DNA from: a virus
Lineage: Duplodnaviria; Caudoviricetes
Length of the DNA stretch: 56,154 nucleotides
Virus record (IMG/VR): IMGVR_UViG_3300035322_000284
Span: 1 to 56,154 of that record
Direction: 5' to 3' (one strand)
Part shown: positions 8,711-22,400 of the stretch, piece by piece
Layout of the letters: each line of letters opens with the position of its first letter
Position numbering within the stretch: the first letter of the stretch is position 1
Position numbers and translations under genes: made by a program
Notes under the pieces: model-generated
Seen by the model: the letters and a program-made list of their open reading frames with translations, nothing else
Databases searched by the model: none
Told to the model about the DNA's origin: nothing

Positions 8711-8745
8711 GTAATTAAAATCCCAGTTAATGAATCAGATAAATA
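8696..8745. promoter_or_regulatory. 50-bp bidirectional late-promoter module, copy 2
   Basis: TATTTATT-N7-GTAATTAAAA-N6-TTAATGA-N3-AGATAAATA; 37/50 identical to 1002-1051 with no gaps. Confidence 0.75.
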
Positions 8746-8751
8746 TTGACC

Positions 8752-9123
8752 ATGGTAGCAAAGTTTAGAGGATTTAGTACAGTTGACCAAGTCAGGGCTC
8801 CGTATACCCTGGATGGGCGCGACCTTGTGAAACGCGACCTGCTTAACACGTTCTATACCAAGAAGGGTGAGCGTGTGATGCGACCAGAGTACGGTAGTTT
8901 GATTTGGGATCTGTTAATGAATCCTGACGATGAGTCCACTGAAAAAGAAATTCGTGACGATGTATTAAGAATTATTGATGCTGAGCCCAGAGTGGAACAT
9001 TTGAGAACAACAATCATCTACATGGATCATACCATAAGAATAGAAATAGATTTGAAGTATGTGTTGCTAAATGACTCAGACATATTATACTTGGAATATA
9101 CCAGAGAGATTGAGGGCGAATAA
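8752..9123 (+). CDS. gp25: gp25-like baseplate wedge / sheath initiator
   Basis: LVKRDLLNTFYTKKGERVMRPEYGSLIWDLL...IIDAEPRV GPW_gp25 motif; ATG 8752 preferred over TTG 8746. Confidence 0.92.
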   Translation: MVAKFRGFSTVDQVRAPYTLDGRDLVKRDLLNTFYTKKGERVMRPEYGSLIWDLLMNPDDESTEKEIRDDVLRIIDAEPRVEHLRTTIIYMDHTIRIEIDLKYVLLNDSDILYLEYTREIEGE

Positions 9124-12100
9124 TGAGTAGCGTAACCAGACAGGAAAACTTGTTTGCGGCTGAGAGTTGGAAGGTAGCTTATAAAGCCTACCAGAACATC
9201 AGCTATCAGGCATATGACTATGACACCATTCGTGCTGCACTGGTGGAATATGTCAAGATTAATTTTCCAGAGAACTTCAACGATTACATTGAAAGTTCAG
9301 AATTTATAGCAATCATAGAATTGCTTGCGTACCTATCACAGTCACTGGCGTTCAGAATGGACATTAACACTCGTGAAAACTTTTTGGAAACGGCTGAGCG
9401 CAGAGACTCAGTATTTAAACTTGCTCGTATGTTGGGATACACTCCCAACAGAAACTACACAGCAAGTGGTCTAGTAAAAGTAGTAAGTGTTAAGACATCA
9501 GAGCCGCTTACAGACAGCCAGGGCACTGACCTCAACAACTTAGAAATCTTTTGGGACGATGCCAACAACCCACAGAGCTATGAGCAGTTTATTAGTATCC
9601 TGAATAGCGCAATGAGTAACGTAAACAGATTTACTTCGCCCATTAAAACAGGCCGCGTGGGGGATATCCTAACAGAATTATATCAGTTAAATACACCTGT
9701 CAGCGCACCCATAGCATATCAGTACAGCGCCACTATTGCTGGTGACACCAAGCCTTTTAATATTGTAAACCCAGACTTTGTGGATAACGGTGCTATTTTT
9801 GAACGCCAGCCTAACCCAGCAAGTCTGTTTAACATGATGTACAGAAATGATGGCAATGGCTTGGCTAGCAAGGACACTGGATTCTTCCTGGCATTCCATC
9901 AGGGTAACATGACCTACCAGGACTTTAATTTTACTACTGCGGTAGCAAGCCGTACACAGGATATACAGGTCATTAACATAAATGAAACTGATACCTATCT
10001 ACAAGAGATCACAGGTTCTGGATTAGTAAAAGCACAATGGGTCAGAGTACCCAATGTAGTGGGCCAGACACTCAATTACAACAGCATTAGCAAGGACACT
10101 AAAAATCTTTATAGCATTGATAACCTAGATAACTCTGGTATACAATTAAAATTTGCTGACGGCAACTTTGGTAATATACCCTATGGTATCTATAGATTAT
10201 GGTATCGTCCCAGCGATCCATCTAGATATGTCATACAGCCTCAACAGATGAGTAATCTTACTATTACTGTACCCTATGTTAGTAAAAATGGCAACTCTTA
10301 TAATCTTACACTGAAGTTTAGTTTACAACGTAGCGTAAACAATAGTTTGCCAGCTGAAACTCTTCAGGCTATCAAGGAAAGAGCACCACAGGTATACTAT
10401 ACTCAGGATCGTATGGTCAACGGTCAGGACTACAACGTATTTCCCATGACCCTAAACTCAAACATCAGAAAGATGAAGGCCATCAACCGTACTCACGCTG
10501 GACACAGTCGTTACATCGACATCAACGACCCCACGGGTACATATCATGACGTAGATACATTTGCTCGTGACGGTTTTGTGTATGTGGAACAACGAAATAT
10601 ATCAGACAGAGTAATTTTGAATGACAATACTAGTGCGCTAGATGTTGTTACTGCTACTCTGCCTACCCTCTTAAAGGATCAACGTCTTAATAACTTTGTG
10701 TATTACGGAATGCGCAACACAACTGGCGAGCTAAAACCTGACACATATGACCTCACACAGGTTGGTGGCGTACCAGCAAACTATATGTGGAATTGCTTGC
10801 CATTCGAAGGACGTTCACAAACAGGATTTATAACTGAAACATTTAGCACAGGTGATCCTGTGATAATGAGTTTAAACCCTACTGACCCTAGTCAGATCGG
10901 CAAAAATCGTATGTTTCAGGAAAATAATTTTATTAGGTGGGATAACCCAAATGACCCCACAGAAAATATCTGGACTCGTGTAGTAGAAATACAAAATAAC
11001 GGCGAGTTGGTGAGTGGTCTTAATACTAGCACTGGGCCATTTACACTTGCAGCTGAAGTACCACAGGGATGGAAAGCCACAGATAGTGTAGTTACTATTC
11101 GTAAGACATTTACTGCCAATGAAGCCACTGCTATCAGAAACGCCATAGACAACCGCACAACATTTGGCATAGGCTATGACTCTAATCCACCCAATCAGGA
11201 TGGACAGATTAGTGATCAGTGGTATGTTATCGAGCAGCCTTGTAAAACTTGTGCCTGGCAACCCAGAAGTGTGGATCAGTCGGCAAGTTGGTTAATTTAC
11301 ATGGAGTATGTGCCAGTTGATAGATTTAGTTACAGTTATGTTATTACTGCCAGAGGGCAGGATTATGTAGTCCAGTCTCAGCAGGAATTAAAATTTTACA
11401 ACATCAAGAATGTAAAAGTTGTAGATAGTTATAACAAAGAGGGTGAGGATGAAATTATCTTTACTACAGTTAACACCAAAGCTGGCATAACTGAAACTAA
11501 TCAATGGCAGATTTTTGGTGCTACTAGTTCTAGCGGTTACTGGATAAACCAGACAACCGGTTACCTGGCCAATCCCGGTGGATTTAATCCACAGATACCA
11601 TTGCTTACTCGTAGCGTTAAGTGGTATGATCTTAGTGTGTTTTGGAAATCAAACTTTGGACTTTATTATAGTGATCCGGCAAATAGCGTAGCAGGTCAGA
11701 GTAACTTAAATGTTATTAGCAACATTTTACATTATACTGGACCGGCCACAGGCGAAGCACTCAACTATGTTGCTGATGCTACTGTACAATTGGCTACCTA
11801 CTTTGATAATGGCACAAACCGTACAACTAATCAAAATGTAGTTATTACACCAAACTCTGGCATGATTACTAGCTTACCAGCATTTATTGATATTCCGTTT
11901 GATGGCACAACATTTGGCGGCAATATTATTAGTTTAAGTTCAGGCAACCAGCCCACTATAACTTACAAACAGTTTAACGACGAGGGTACTGAACTATTTG
12001 TCTATCACGGTGGCTCAGACGGCGCATACAGTTTTGGTACAGCAGGAATCACAGATAATCCTCAGGGCTCAGGTATTGACGGCAGACTGTCTCTCAGAGA

Positions 12101-13472
12101 AGGCAATTTTGAAACACAGACTGGTGTAATACGCTACAGCAGACTGAGTGAAAACATCTATCATGCTAGTACTGACGCCACGAGCTTTCACAGTGACAAG
12201 ATTGTAGTAAACTATGACATGAACAAAGATCATTTAGATGTGCCCATAGAGTGGACTGTGACAGACGTATTTAAGTATCCTGACGGCTACACTGATCCCT
12301 CAAAGGTAAGCGTGGCACCCAAAGACTCAGACGGTGATGGCGTGCCAGACAGACCTCTACAGTTCCATGAGTATGTGGACGATAGCAGTTTAGTATTATT
12401 TGAGTACTACAAAGATTTTGACGGCTATACCTACGAGCGTCCTTATTCGGGTGTTGTGTGGGATTTGCGTAATGAAACCAATGGTGTAAGATTTAATCCC
12501 AGCACTGTGAGCATTTCTCCAGCAAGTTATAGCAACTATCGTAAAGCTGAAGATTTAAACTGGTTGTTACTAAAAGACTTTAGTATGGTTAAGTTACAGG
12601 CCAATCCTCCAGTAGCAGGCATCAGAACCTGGCCTGGCGATGGCTTAGAAAATGACTATGGTATCTTTGGTACAATAGTTGTGTCGGTACAAGACGAATG
12701 GACTGACACCGATGCTAACATAACTTATCCTGCGGATTCCACATATGTGCTTACGCCCCTGAGTTCAAACTTAAATAAGGTCAGAGCTATCGAAACTTCA
12801 GAATATTTTGTACGCACAGGCAGAGGCAAGACCCAAGACACGAGCTCGCCCGATCCTGAAGATAGTGTGATGCGTTGGAACCATGTAGCACCCAATGATG
12901 TCAGAATCGATCCAAGTATTTCAAATGTTGTGGAGATGTGTATCCTTACAGAAAATTATTATAATAATGTGGTTAGTTGGTCAAACAACCCCACTGGGGA
13001 TTTCCCAGCTGAACCCACAAGCGCACAACTCAGCGTAAACTTTGCTAGCCTTAATCAATACAAAGCGGCATCAGATACTATTACATATCGCAGTGCGAAA
13101 TTTATTAAACTGTTTGGACCCAGCGCATCAAAAGAGTTACAGGCTGTGTTCAGAATTGTAAAACTCAGTAACCAGTATTCGGACAACGAACTCAGAAGTA
13201 GGGTACTTACTGCTATAAAACAATATTTTGATCCACAAAACTGGGAGTTTGGTGAAACATTCTTCTTTACAGAATTATCAACATATATCCACCAACAATT
13301 GGGAAGCGCAATCGGTAGTATTGTAATTTTACCTAAAAACACATCAGGAACATTTGGTGAGCTGTTTGAAGTCAAAGCAATGTCTAATGAACTTTTTATT
13401 AGTACCGCTACTGTAAACGATATTGAGATTATCAACCAGATTGATAGTCAAACATTAAGGGCTGACAGATAA
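9123..13472 (+). CDS. gp6: gp6-like baseplate wedge protein (enlarged, 1449 aa)
   Basis: YDYDTIRAAL...FNDYIESSEF...RENFLETAERRDSVFKLARMLGY; FADGNFG; ETLQAIKERAPQVYYTQDRMVNGQDY; NWEFGETFFFTEL; follows gp25 via TAATG. Confidence 0.88.
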   Translation: MSSVTRQENLFAAESWKVAYKAYQNISYQAYDYDTIRAALVEYVKINFPENFNDYIESSEFIAIIELLAYLSQSLAFRMDINTRENFLETAERRDSVFKLARMLGYTPNRNYTASGLVKVVSVKTSEPLTDSQGTDLNNLEIFWDDANNPQSYEQFISILNSAMSNVNRFTSPIKTGRVGDILTELYQLNTPVSAPIAYQYSATIAGDTKPFNIVNPDFVDNGAIFERQPNPASLFNMMYRNDGNGLASKDTGFFLAFHQGNMTYQDFNFTTAVASRTQDIQVININETDTYLQEITGSGLVKAQWVRVPNVVGQTLNYNSISKDTKNLYSIDNLDNSGIQLKFADGNFGNIPYGIYRLWYRPSDPSRYVIQPQQMSNLTITVPYVSKNGNSYNLTLKFSLQRSVNNSLPAETLQAIKERAPQVYYTQDRMVNGQDYNVFPMTLNSNIRKMKAINRTHAGHSRYIDINDPTGTYHDVDTFARDGFVYVEQRNISDRVILNDNTSALDVVTATLPTLLKDQRLNNFVYYGMRNTTGELKPDTYDLTQVGGVPANYMWNCLPFEGRSQTGFITETFSTGDPVIMSLNPTDPSQIGKNRMFQENNFIRWDNPNDPTENIWTRVVEIQNNGELVSGLNTSTGPFTLAAEVPQGWKATDSVVTIRKTFTANEATAIRNAIDNRTTFGIGYDSNPPNQDGQISDQWYVIEQPCKTCAWQPRSVDQSASWLIYMEYVPVDRFSYSYVITARGQDYVVQSQQELKFYNIKNVKVVDSYNKEGEDEIIFTTVNTKAGITETNQWQIFGATSSSGYWINQTTGYLANPGGFNPQIPLLTRSVKWYDLSVFWKSNFGLYYSDPANSVAGQSNLNVISNILHYTGPATGEALNYVADATVQLATYFDNGTNRTTNQNVVITPNSGMITSLPAFIDIPFDGTTFGGNIISLSSGNQPTITYKQFNDEGTELFVYHGGSDGAYSFGTAGITDNPQGSGIDGRLSLREGNFETQTGVIRYSRLSENIYHASTDATSFHSDKIVVNYDMNKDHLDVPIEWTVTDVFKYPDGYTDPSKVSVAPKDSDGDGVPDRPLQFHEYVDDSSLVLFEYYKDFDGYTYERPYSGVVWDLRNETNGVRFNPSTVSISPASYSNYRKAEDLNWLLLKDFSMVKLQANPPVAGIRTWPGDGLENDYGIFGTIVVSVQDEWTDTDANITYPADSTYVLTPLSSNLNKVRAIETSEYFVRTGRGKTQDTSSPDPEDSVMRWNHVAPNDVRIDPSISNVVEMCILTENYYNNVVSWSNNPTGDFPAEPTSAQLSVNFASLNQYKAASDTITYRSAKFIKLFGPSASKELQAVFRIVKLSNQYSDNELRSRVLTAIKQYFDPQNWEFGETFFFTELSTYIHQQLGSAIGSIVILPKNTSGTFGELFEVKAMSNELFISTATVNDIEIINQIDSQTLRADR

Positions 13473-16400
13473 TGGCACATTCAGGCGACGACAACCAGTA
13501 CAAACGCCTTCCCGCGGTCTTACAAACAACTGCGGTTAAAAACTTCTTTGAATATACTGTGGACCAGCTATACTCTGAAGCTAACGTTGAGACACTAAAC
13601 GGCTTTGTGGGTACACCAAATTGGGACGGTGTTCGTGCTGAAGGCGCATATATCGAAGAGCCCACCGCAACTAAGCAGGCGTATAGTTTATCACCAACTG
13701 TAAACACTATATCGCCAGAGACTGGTGAACCAGAGACTCTGATCTATTACGACGAAGTAGTAGACATATTAAAAACATATGGGGTTGATGTTCGCAATCA
13801 AAACAAATTATTTGATGCTCCATATTTTACTTTTAGTCCGCCCATTAACGAAGACAAACTTGTAAACTATTCAGAGTACTATTGGGCTCCCCCTGGCGCC
13901 AATGTTTCGCCCGCACCTATTACTATCTCAGGAACACTGGATTCCCCAGTTGACGTCGAAGATGATATTCTGGGCAAGCAATACTATGTACACTATGGTG
14001 AGACTGCTAACACAACTTTCCGTAATGGTATGGTAGTAACATTTCAGGGCGAGTACATCAACCCAGATGATTATTCAAATGTAACATTTGTTGTGGAAGG
14101 GGTTGGACATGAAATAGACTTGGTGCCATTTGAAAGAAACAGTACAGCTCCATACGATGCCAATGCTGAGCCTAACTATGTTGTCATAGAACGCGGAGCA
14201 GTAAATAACAATGGCTGGAGTCGAAATAATTATTGGTACCATGTAAACAACTGGTACGATGCTGGTGAAGTCCCGCCAGGCAGAGAATATCGCGCACAGC
14301 GACCCATCATAGAATTCAATCACAGGTTGGAGACCTTTAACCAAGGCACAAATTATCTTCAGTCCGTTGACATTGCTGTGACCACATACAACTACAATCA
14401 AGTAAATGGATTGCCAGCTAACGTTGACATCGATGGAGTTAACCCAGCAAATAAAACTATGATTTTTCCAGCCGAAGGTCCAGAACGCGCTCCTTACGTT
14501 TACCTTGGCGTTCCCTATGACACAGAAACTATTGCTGTAGCTTATGGCAATGAAGCATATCCAGGCAATGTGAGTGCTGTGTTACAAGTGGAAATTGCTG
14601 GCGAACCTGGTCAGGGCTATGTAGATAAAATTGTTGTGATTGACGAGGGCAAAGGTTATGTGCCCATGGACACTGAGATTGTAATACTCACTGACGCGCC
14701 AGTTGAACAGGACGCGCTTGCTGTGGGTACAGTTTACAAAGGTGTGGAAACTGGCACAACTAGTGTTACTATAACTAACGCTGGTTCAGGATATCAGTCT
14801 AATACTATTATTTTAAACTTTACCACTGATAAACCCACTGGTACAGAGGAACAGCCAGTAGCTATCCCTACCCTAAATGCCAACGGAGAACTCACGCAAA
14901 TTAACATTGTGACCCGTGGTGATGATTATGATTATGATGCTAACATTGGCATAGAAATTCTGGGTCCTAATAGTTCACCTGCTATTGCTACAGTAGCAGT
15001 AACAGAGAGTTATTTAAATAATGTTACTGTGGTAAATCAGGGCAAAGGTTATACACAATTTGGAAGTATTGTGTTAGAGCCAGTAGCAAACGTTAGCGTG
15101 GGCGATAGTGTACTTATTACCGAAGGCAACACTCAGACTGGTAATGAATACTATTATGCTCCCGAAGGTTGGGTTCTGGCTGACACAAAACGGTCTAGCA
15201 ATGACACACCATTGTTTGTGATGTACGATGACACTGGTACCAGACTGGACGATGATGCTAAGTATCCGCAGTCAGACTTTGCTGGCAACAAAATTTTTAG
15301 TTATGCTACTCCTGACGATATCGATGACGAACCAGCCGCAACATTAACAACAACACTGACAAAAGACCCCGTACTGGGTTTTCCATTGGTATTTAGACCA
15401 TTTAAAGCCGCATCAGAAATTGTATTCACAAACAACCTAGAGCACGACAAGTATACATATACTCCTCTGGGGTCCGAAGAGTCAGAAGATATCCTAGGCT
15501 ACAATTTTTATCACTTGCTTCCCGAAGTAGGTGAAGCCAAGGAAGATTTTTTCCCATACTGGAAACCTTCAGACAAACCATTTAACCAGGCTATTGTAAG
15601 CAGATATCCATTAAGCCAGATTGAAATAGACAGAAACATTCGTGACTTTTTTATAGGATGTGTACCTAATCCTGCTTCATATAACTTTAGTGGTGTTGAT
15701 GTCAAAATGTACCTTAACGGTAAACCGGTCAAAGGTTTCACTTTAAATACTGATGTCGAAGGATTTATTATAGTAGATGACAATGTAGTATTTGTGGCTG
15801 GCGATTATGTTGAGATAGTGGCCTACTCTGATACTGGTTTGTTAAGTTTAGAAAGCGCAAGTAAATACGAACTGCCCATTGGTTGGGATAGAAATATTTT
15901 CAAGGAAGACATACGCTTCACGTCTGAACCAGAATATCTGGAACATTTTAAAACACAGATTGAATCACAGATTGGATTTGTGGGCGAGCCCTTGGGACAG
16001 AACAACTATCAGAGCACCGCACAAGACACAAGTTACGCAACTGAAATAGTACAATCAGATTCAGATGTTATACTTGCTGGTTACCTGCTAGACGATCAAC
16101 CACACAACTTAGTTGACGCTTTAAGATTTAATGCTGGCGAATATGGCAAGTATAAAGCTCGCCTCAAAAAGACTATCAATGATTACTTTGCCTCAAATGG
16201 CATCGATGAAAATAATATTGATCGTACTTTAGAACTTATACTTCGTGAAGTTATTGCGTTCAGAGTAGGCAAGAACGTATTCAACCGAACATATGTAGTG
16301 CCATTTGGTGATAACTATTTTGAAGAGCAACAGATTGTAGGCACAAATCAGGATGAGATAATTTTAGATAGTTATCTGGATCTAAGTTTGATAGAACATA

Positions 16401-19400
16401 GTTTGTTAGTATTTGCTACAGGACAGGGTAGTTTGTTTACTGACATGTTAGTAGTAGACAGAGATTATGTCATCTCAAACTATAACCCCATAACAATTAC
16501 TCTGATAGGTGATTATTTGGGTTCTACCATTACAACAAAACTTTACACCGCAGAGCGTGACAGTGCTCAGTGCCCGCCCACACCCAGCGTGTTGGGCATC
16601 TATCCCTTGTTCCAACCAGAGATAATTTTAGACACTACCTTTGAGACGCCACAGTCTGTGTTGGTAGGACACGATGGTAGCAGGACAGCCACATACGGTG
16701 ATGCTCGTGATCAATTACTGTTAGATTTTGAACAGCGCATATATAATGCCGCTAAAAAGGAATTTCGTGAAGCCAACAGTTTACCAGAGCTTAACTTCTT
16801 TGACATCAGACCAGGTGAGTTTAGAAACACTGGATTTAGTTATGTGGAATGGTACAATCTCATGCGCTATCACTTTAGTACCTGGGCTGGTATTAATAAT
16901 GTAGACCCAATCACAAACGAATTTTATGATGCCACAGATCCCTGGACCTGGAACTACAGAGGTTATTCAGATACCTATCCAGGTAACTGGAGAGGATTGT
17001 ATGAGTACTATTACGACACAGTCAGACCACATACCCATCCCTGGGAGATGCTAGGCTTTACTGAAAAGCCATTGTGGTGGGCATCAGAGTACGGCACTGA
17101 CTATGGCAGTGGTAACGATGCCATGTGGAATGATCTGGAGTCAGGTATTATTCGTCAAGGCCCCAGAGAAAACCTAACACAAGATTTGTGGAAGTTAGAA
17201 ACTAATCCCTATGCCAGACCCTATCTGTTTGAATATTTGCCAGTCGATGCCCTGGGTGATCTAATAGAACCCAATACATTGCCCAGCGGAATCACAACAA
17301 CAAGTGTTGAGTATGAATCAGATTTTGTTAACCCATCGTTGTATCCAGTGTTTAGTGCGTCATTTATTAATACACAGATACAACCCAATGAAATTTTTCC
17401 TGGCATAGAACTTAGTGCAAGTGGTGCCAACGTCTATATAGAGAGTGCTGGTATATTAAATTATGAAGCACCTCCAGGCAGATTTGAACCACAGCCCTTT
17501 AGTGTAAATTTACCCAATGAGGTTACATTTGGTCCAAGTACTATGCCACAGGGTAACAGTTTACTCACAGGCGGTCTTGTGGGTATATCAGTAAATGGCA
17601 TAGCACTTATTAATAGCAAGTCAGGCAGAACACCAGATGCTAATAGTAATTGGAATTACAACGAAGTATTTGATGGTAAGTATGATTATATTAATCCTGG
17701 CAAGTACGATAGCAGTGGCGGTTACCAATACTATATCATACCACCCAAATTATTTGGCTGGGAGGAATTCCCTGAAAACAAACACTCGCCTATCATAGGA
17801 TGGGCTCTGGATGGTTTGCCAATCTATGGTCCCATAGGTTATGCACATTATAATGACGACGGTACAATTGCTAACAATGTTATTGTAAATATTAAATCTC
17901 CATTTAGACTTAGATCAACTAGAAATTATCCTGGCTCTCCGGGCGGCGCGCCCACAGGGCTATTTGTGGAAGATTATGAGATAGATCCAGTATTAGTAGG
18001 AACCTTGGGCTATGCGGGATCCAGACACGAATTGTATAAAATTTTACCTGGAGATGAAACTCCACCCCCAGATTATCCCAGCAACATGGGAACTCAGTTT
18101 GCTATCAGATATGGTGTAACACCAGAATCTCCAACCACTCCACAATGGTTTTATGTACAGTGTCAGGACGATGATGGTAATCCAATGTTCCCATATGCCT
18201 GTGGCGGTGGTATTCAAACTCACCCAGAACCCTTCCCAGTGGGCAACAAAAATATCTATGATAATCAATTCTTTGGTACTCCCAACGACCAAGGCGGTGT
18301 ATTCCAAGTAACTGTAACTGATTGTGGTTACGGGTATACTGGTGTAGCAGGTATTAGATTTGAGGGCGATGGGGAAAATGCGCAGGGCTACAGCACAATT
18401 AAGTCTGGCGCAATCAGAAATATTGTGGTGGTTAGCCAGGGTAAAAATTATGATTGGCAAAATACTACCATTAACATCCTGGGAGACGGCACTGGCGCGT
18501 CCTGCGAGCCCATAGTAATTGACGGCAGAATTACTGGCGTTAAAATGACAAACTTTGGTGAGGGATACACATTTGCTACTCCTATTATTAGTCAGATAGC
18601 AGGACAAGATGGCACATTCCCAGGACAGTTTGCCGAACTTACCATACCCACAGTGGCTGAAGATCCTGCCAATGGTATTGTTAACAACGCGGTTACTGAT
18701 GTCACTGTTACAAGTAGCGGCTATGGATATACATTTGTTAATGTAATTATAGAGCCCGTGGTTGGTCCACAGCCACCTGTATTAAACCCTGTGTTAGGAT
18801 TTTCAGCTCAGGCTGTGGCAACTTTAGAAACAGCTTTTGATAACAGTGTGGGTAATGGTTATGTTGACCCCAATGCTACTCCTATATTAATATCTGAAAT
18901 CATAGAAGTTATTAATGTTGACCAAGATTTAAAAAGCTCTAGCTGGAGATATTCAGACGGAGCACCAGTAGAGAATGCTTGGAAGTATTCAGAAAATTAT
19001 CCTTTTGCTGTGGCAGAAGGTTTGTTGCTGGGACAACCAGCACAGTTTGCTACACAGTTTGCTGACCCCACAAAACTGTATCGTACTGAGATCGACAGCC
19101 GTCAGCAATTGTGTACAGTTACCCGTGAGCGTTGGCAGTTTACTGATCCAGCACAATTTAGAATACACGGTGAGCGCGATACCGAAGGTAACTTCCTGAC
19201 TAACATTGGCTATACACAGTTTACAAATAGTTGGTTAGCATTCCAGGGCTTAGACACCAATATTGAGTTTGCTCCACAGATCAGAACCATTAACATGAGA
19301 TTGAGTCACCGTATGAGTGGCTATGTTGACAAAGACACCATGACGGTTAGAACTGACCAGTACAGTGCCACAGGTACTACGCCTAGTTTGATTATCCCAC

Positions 19401-22400
19401 AAGATAACATCAACATACAAATACATAGCAGTCCCTATAAGAGCAGAAACTTCTACACTGGTGTTGTGATTGAGAAGGCTGTGGGCGGTTACAAAGTCAG
19501 AGGCTATGATCGCAGTGTGGGCACATTCCCAACATTAAAGATCAATAAATTCTCAGATAGCAGAGCACTTAACGTGGGTGGCGAGCCAGCACCTTATAGT
19601 ATCTGGGAGAGAAACAACTTTTATAAAAAACTTTCTATAGTAGAGTATCGGGGAGCATATTATCAGGCCCCCAAGAACTTAACCACAGGCGCAGATTTTG
19701 ATTCCAGAATCTGGACCAGAATTCCTAGCTTACCACAAATTAATGCCGCGAGCGCAGAAGTTTGGAGTAAGTATTTAAATCAGGTTGATTTTGTGCCTTA
19801 TGAGACTTTGCTTAAAACTCCACAGGAAGTAGTAGACTTACTCATGAGCCTGGGAGCATGGCAGAAAAATGCTGGCTATGATTTTGAGGGCTTTGATTAC
19901 AACACTGGCGATACCATAGACTGGACACATGCGAGCAAACAGTTCCTGTTCTGGACTACTGGCAAATGGGAAATAGGAAACACTCTGGAGCTAAGTCCCA
20001 TGGCAGGAGGTGCTACATTTAAGGCACCCCGTGGATTTATTGCTAAACTCAACCGCATCGACAGAAATCAGTTTACAATATTGGATGCTGATGGTAGTGC
20101 TATTACCCCTGAAAGTTGTGAGATTATCAGACTTGATGATTACATACAAATTAAGCCACCAGCCGGCACACAAATATATGGCGTATTGGTGTTTGTGAAA
20201 GAAATCGAACACGCAATGACCTTAGAGAATCGCACAGACTTTAATGACATCATATATGATCCTGTGTTACACCAGTACCAGACTCGTGTTAAGATCAAGG
20301 GTAAACGTACAGCTAACTGGTCAGGTAAATTTACGTCCGAAGGATTTATCATACTGGACGACGAACTCAAGCCTAACCTAGACAACCTAGCACAGAGCAT
20401 GGGCAGATACCATGAGCTAGGATTTATCCCAGTAGAGAAGCAGGTATACGAAAGTGCCAGAGCATTGTTTGGATATCAAAGCCGTGACTACATGAGAGAC
20501 TTGGATATCCTGGATGATCAGCAGTTCGACTTCTACAAGGGCTTCCTGCAGAGCAAAGGCACCCAGACTTCCATGACGCGTATTGGTGAGTCCAATAGTA
20601 TTATTATTGACGGGCAGATCACAGTATATGACGAGTGGGCAGTAAAAGTAGGCGACTTTGGTGATGTAGAATCACAACAGGCTATTGAGTTTAAATTAGA
20701 CCGCAGTAATGTAACATCTGACCCACAGTTGGTCACAATGGTATTCCCTGAAGATGTTACTGGCGTAGTTGACCGCATTGATATCATAAACAGAAATAAT
20801 ACTTATCAGGCAACACCAGCAGTGTTTATTTCTCCTCCACTTGTAGCAAATGGATTACCTGCGCCAGGTGGCAGACAGGCTACTGCTAAAGCATACCTCA
20901 AAACTGATGGCAAGATAGATTATATTGAGGTCACTGACAAAGGCAGAGGATACGAATTCGCTACAGCAAACATTATTACCCAGGGCGATAATTCCAATGG
21001 TTCAGGCACTGATATAGAATTTACTCAGGCTGTGGCGCAGGGAGGATTATCAGATCAAGCTTGGGCAGAACAACCCATTAATGGAAACTGTTATATCAAA
21101 ACAAGCGGTTCAAGTATTACATTCAATCAAATGAAGTTGACCGATGACGGCTTTTTGTACTCCACAAGCAATGTTTCACTGTTTACTTCTAGCACTGAGC
21201 AATCCTTTGTGGTAGGCGAAACTATTACCTTTAGTGGACTATCCGGAACAGTATGTAGAGACGATAATTTAATATGTGCTAACATGGGTAACCTCAACGG
21301 TACCTGGACTATTACTGGCACAGAACAAACTTTGGCAGGTACTACTGTTGAATTTGATACTAACAATAAGGTAGGCTATGCCGCAACATATGGTGTAAAC
21401 ATTACATATACATTGGACACCCTGACAAAATTTGTGTTCGATGACGTTTACTATCATGAAGCTAATATACTAGTAACACCATTTGAGTTTGGTGGTTCAG
21501 CCATAGAAGATATCATAAACGCTGAAACTTCCAACACTGGTGTTACTGCTAGTATGTATGCTAGTCATGTACCCAATGATCGACAGCCTGGGCAAACAGG
21601 CAGTGATGTAATAGATTGGTATACTCTAATATTACGAAGCGATACTGAATTTGAACTGCTGGAAGAGACACCTAGCAATGTTTGGTCTGAACAATTCCAT
21701 ATTAACACTGGCACATATACCAATCAACAACGTTGGGCTATAGATGTTGCTTCAGGTACCCAAGCCGAAGACATAACCGTTTATGTAAACGGGCAAATTA
21801 TCGACCAGTGTAAGTATTTTGAAGTCAACTCCGAAGGTGCTGTAACAGGTAACTGTGAAGTGTACAATTGGAATTATTTGCCTGGCGGTGATTATACTGG
21901 CACAGCAAATGTGGCTCTGGTAGATCAGACACTGGTATACACTCAGGGCAACGCAAACATTGTGTTCTTAAGCACCTACGATGCCATGCCCTGGGCTCCA
22001 GCAGATTTTGACGATACTTCGTCAGGTGTGAGATTAAATAATGATTATCCATTCCTGGATTTAATGATTGGTAATATATTAATTGAACCTAGCATACTAG
22101 AATATGCCAATGTTTCAAATGTATTGACTCCAGTCTGGCGTACAGTATGGAGTGTGGACAGCACTAACCCTGGAATGATTTCAGTATACACCAAATACTT
22201 GCCTCAGAGTTTAGTAGATGCTAATACAAGTTATCTCAGGGCAGATTTGTCCATTGAGCTTTTAGAGCAATCAAGCATACAGTTTACTGAAGATTTTAAC
22301 GGTGACATCTATAACAGTAACATCAGTATTGACGTAAGTGCTGACGATGATTTGCTTGTTAAGATTGGACGTGAGCGCACATATGAAATTACCAAAGATA

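Noticed and set aside
1036-8751. ORF-track starts at 1036, 1851, 4668 and 8746
   Set aside because: They fall inside or right against promoter boxes, or deep inside upstream genes; ATGs at 1057, 1950, 4767 and 8752 fit promoter geometry, TAATG coupling or RBS
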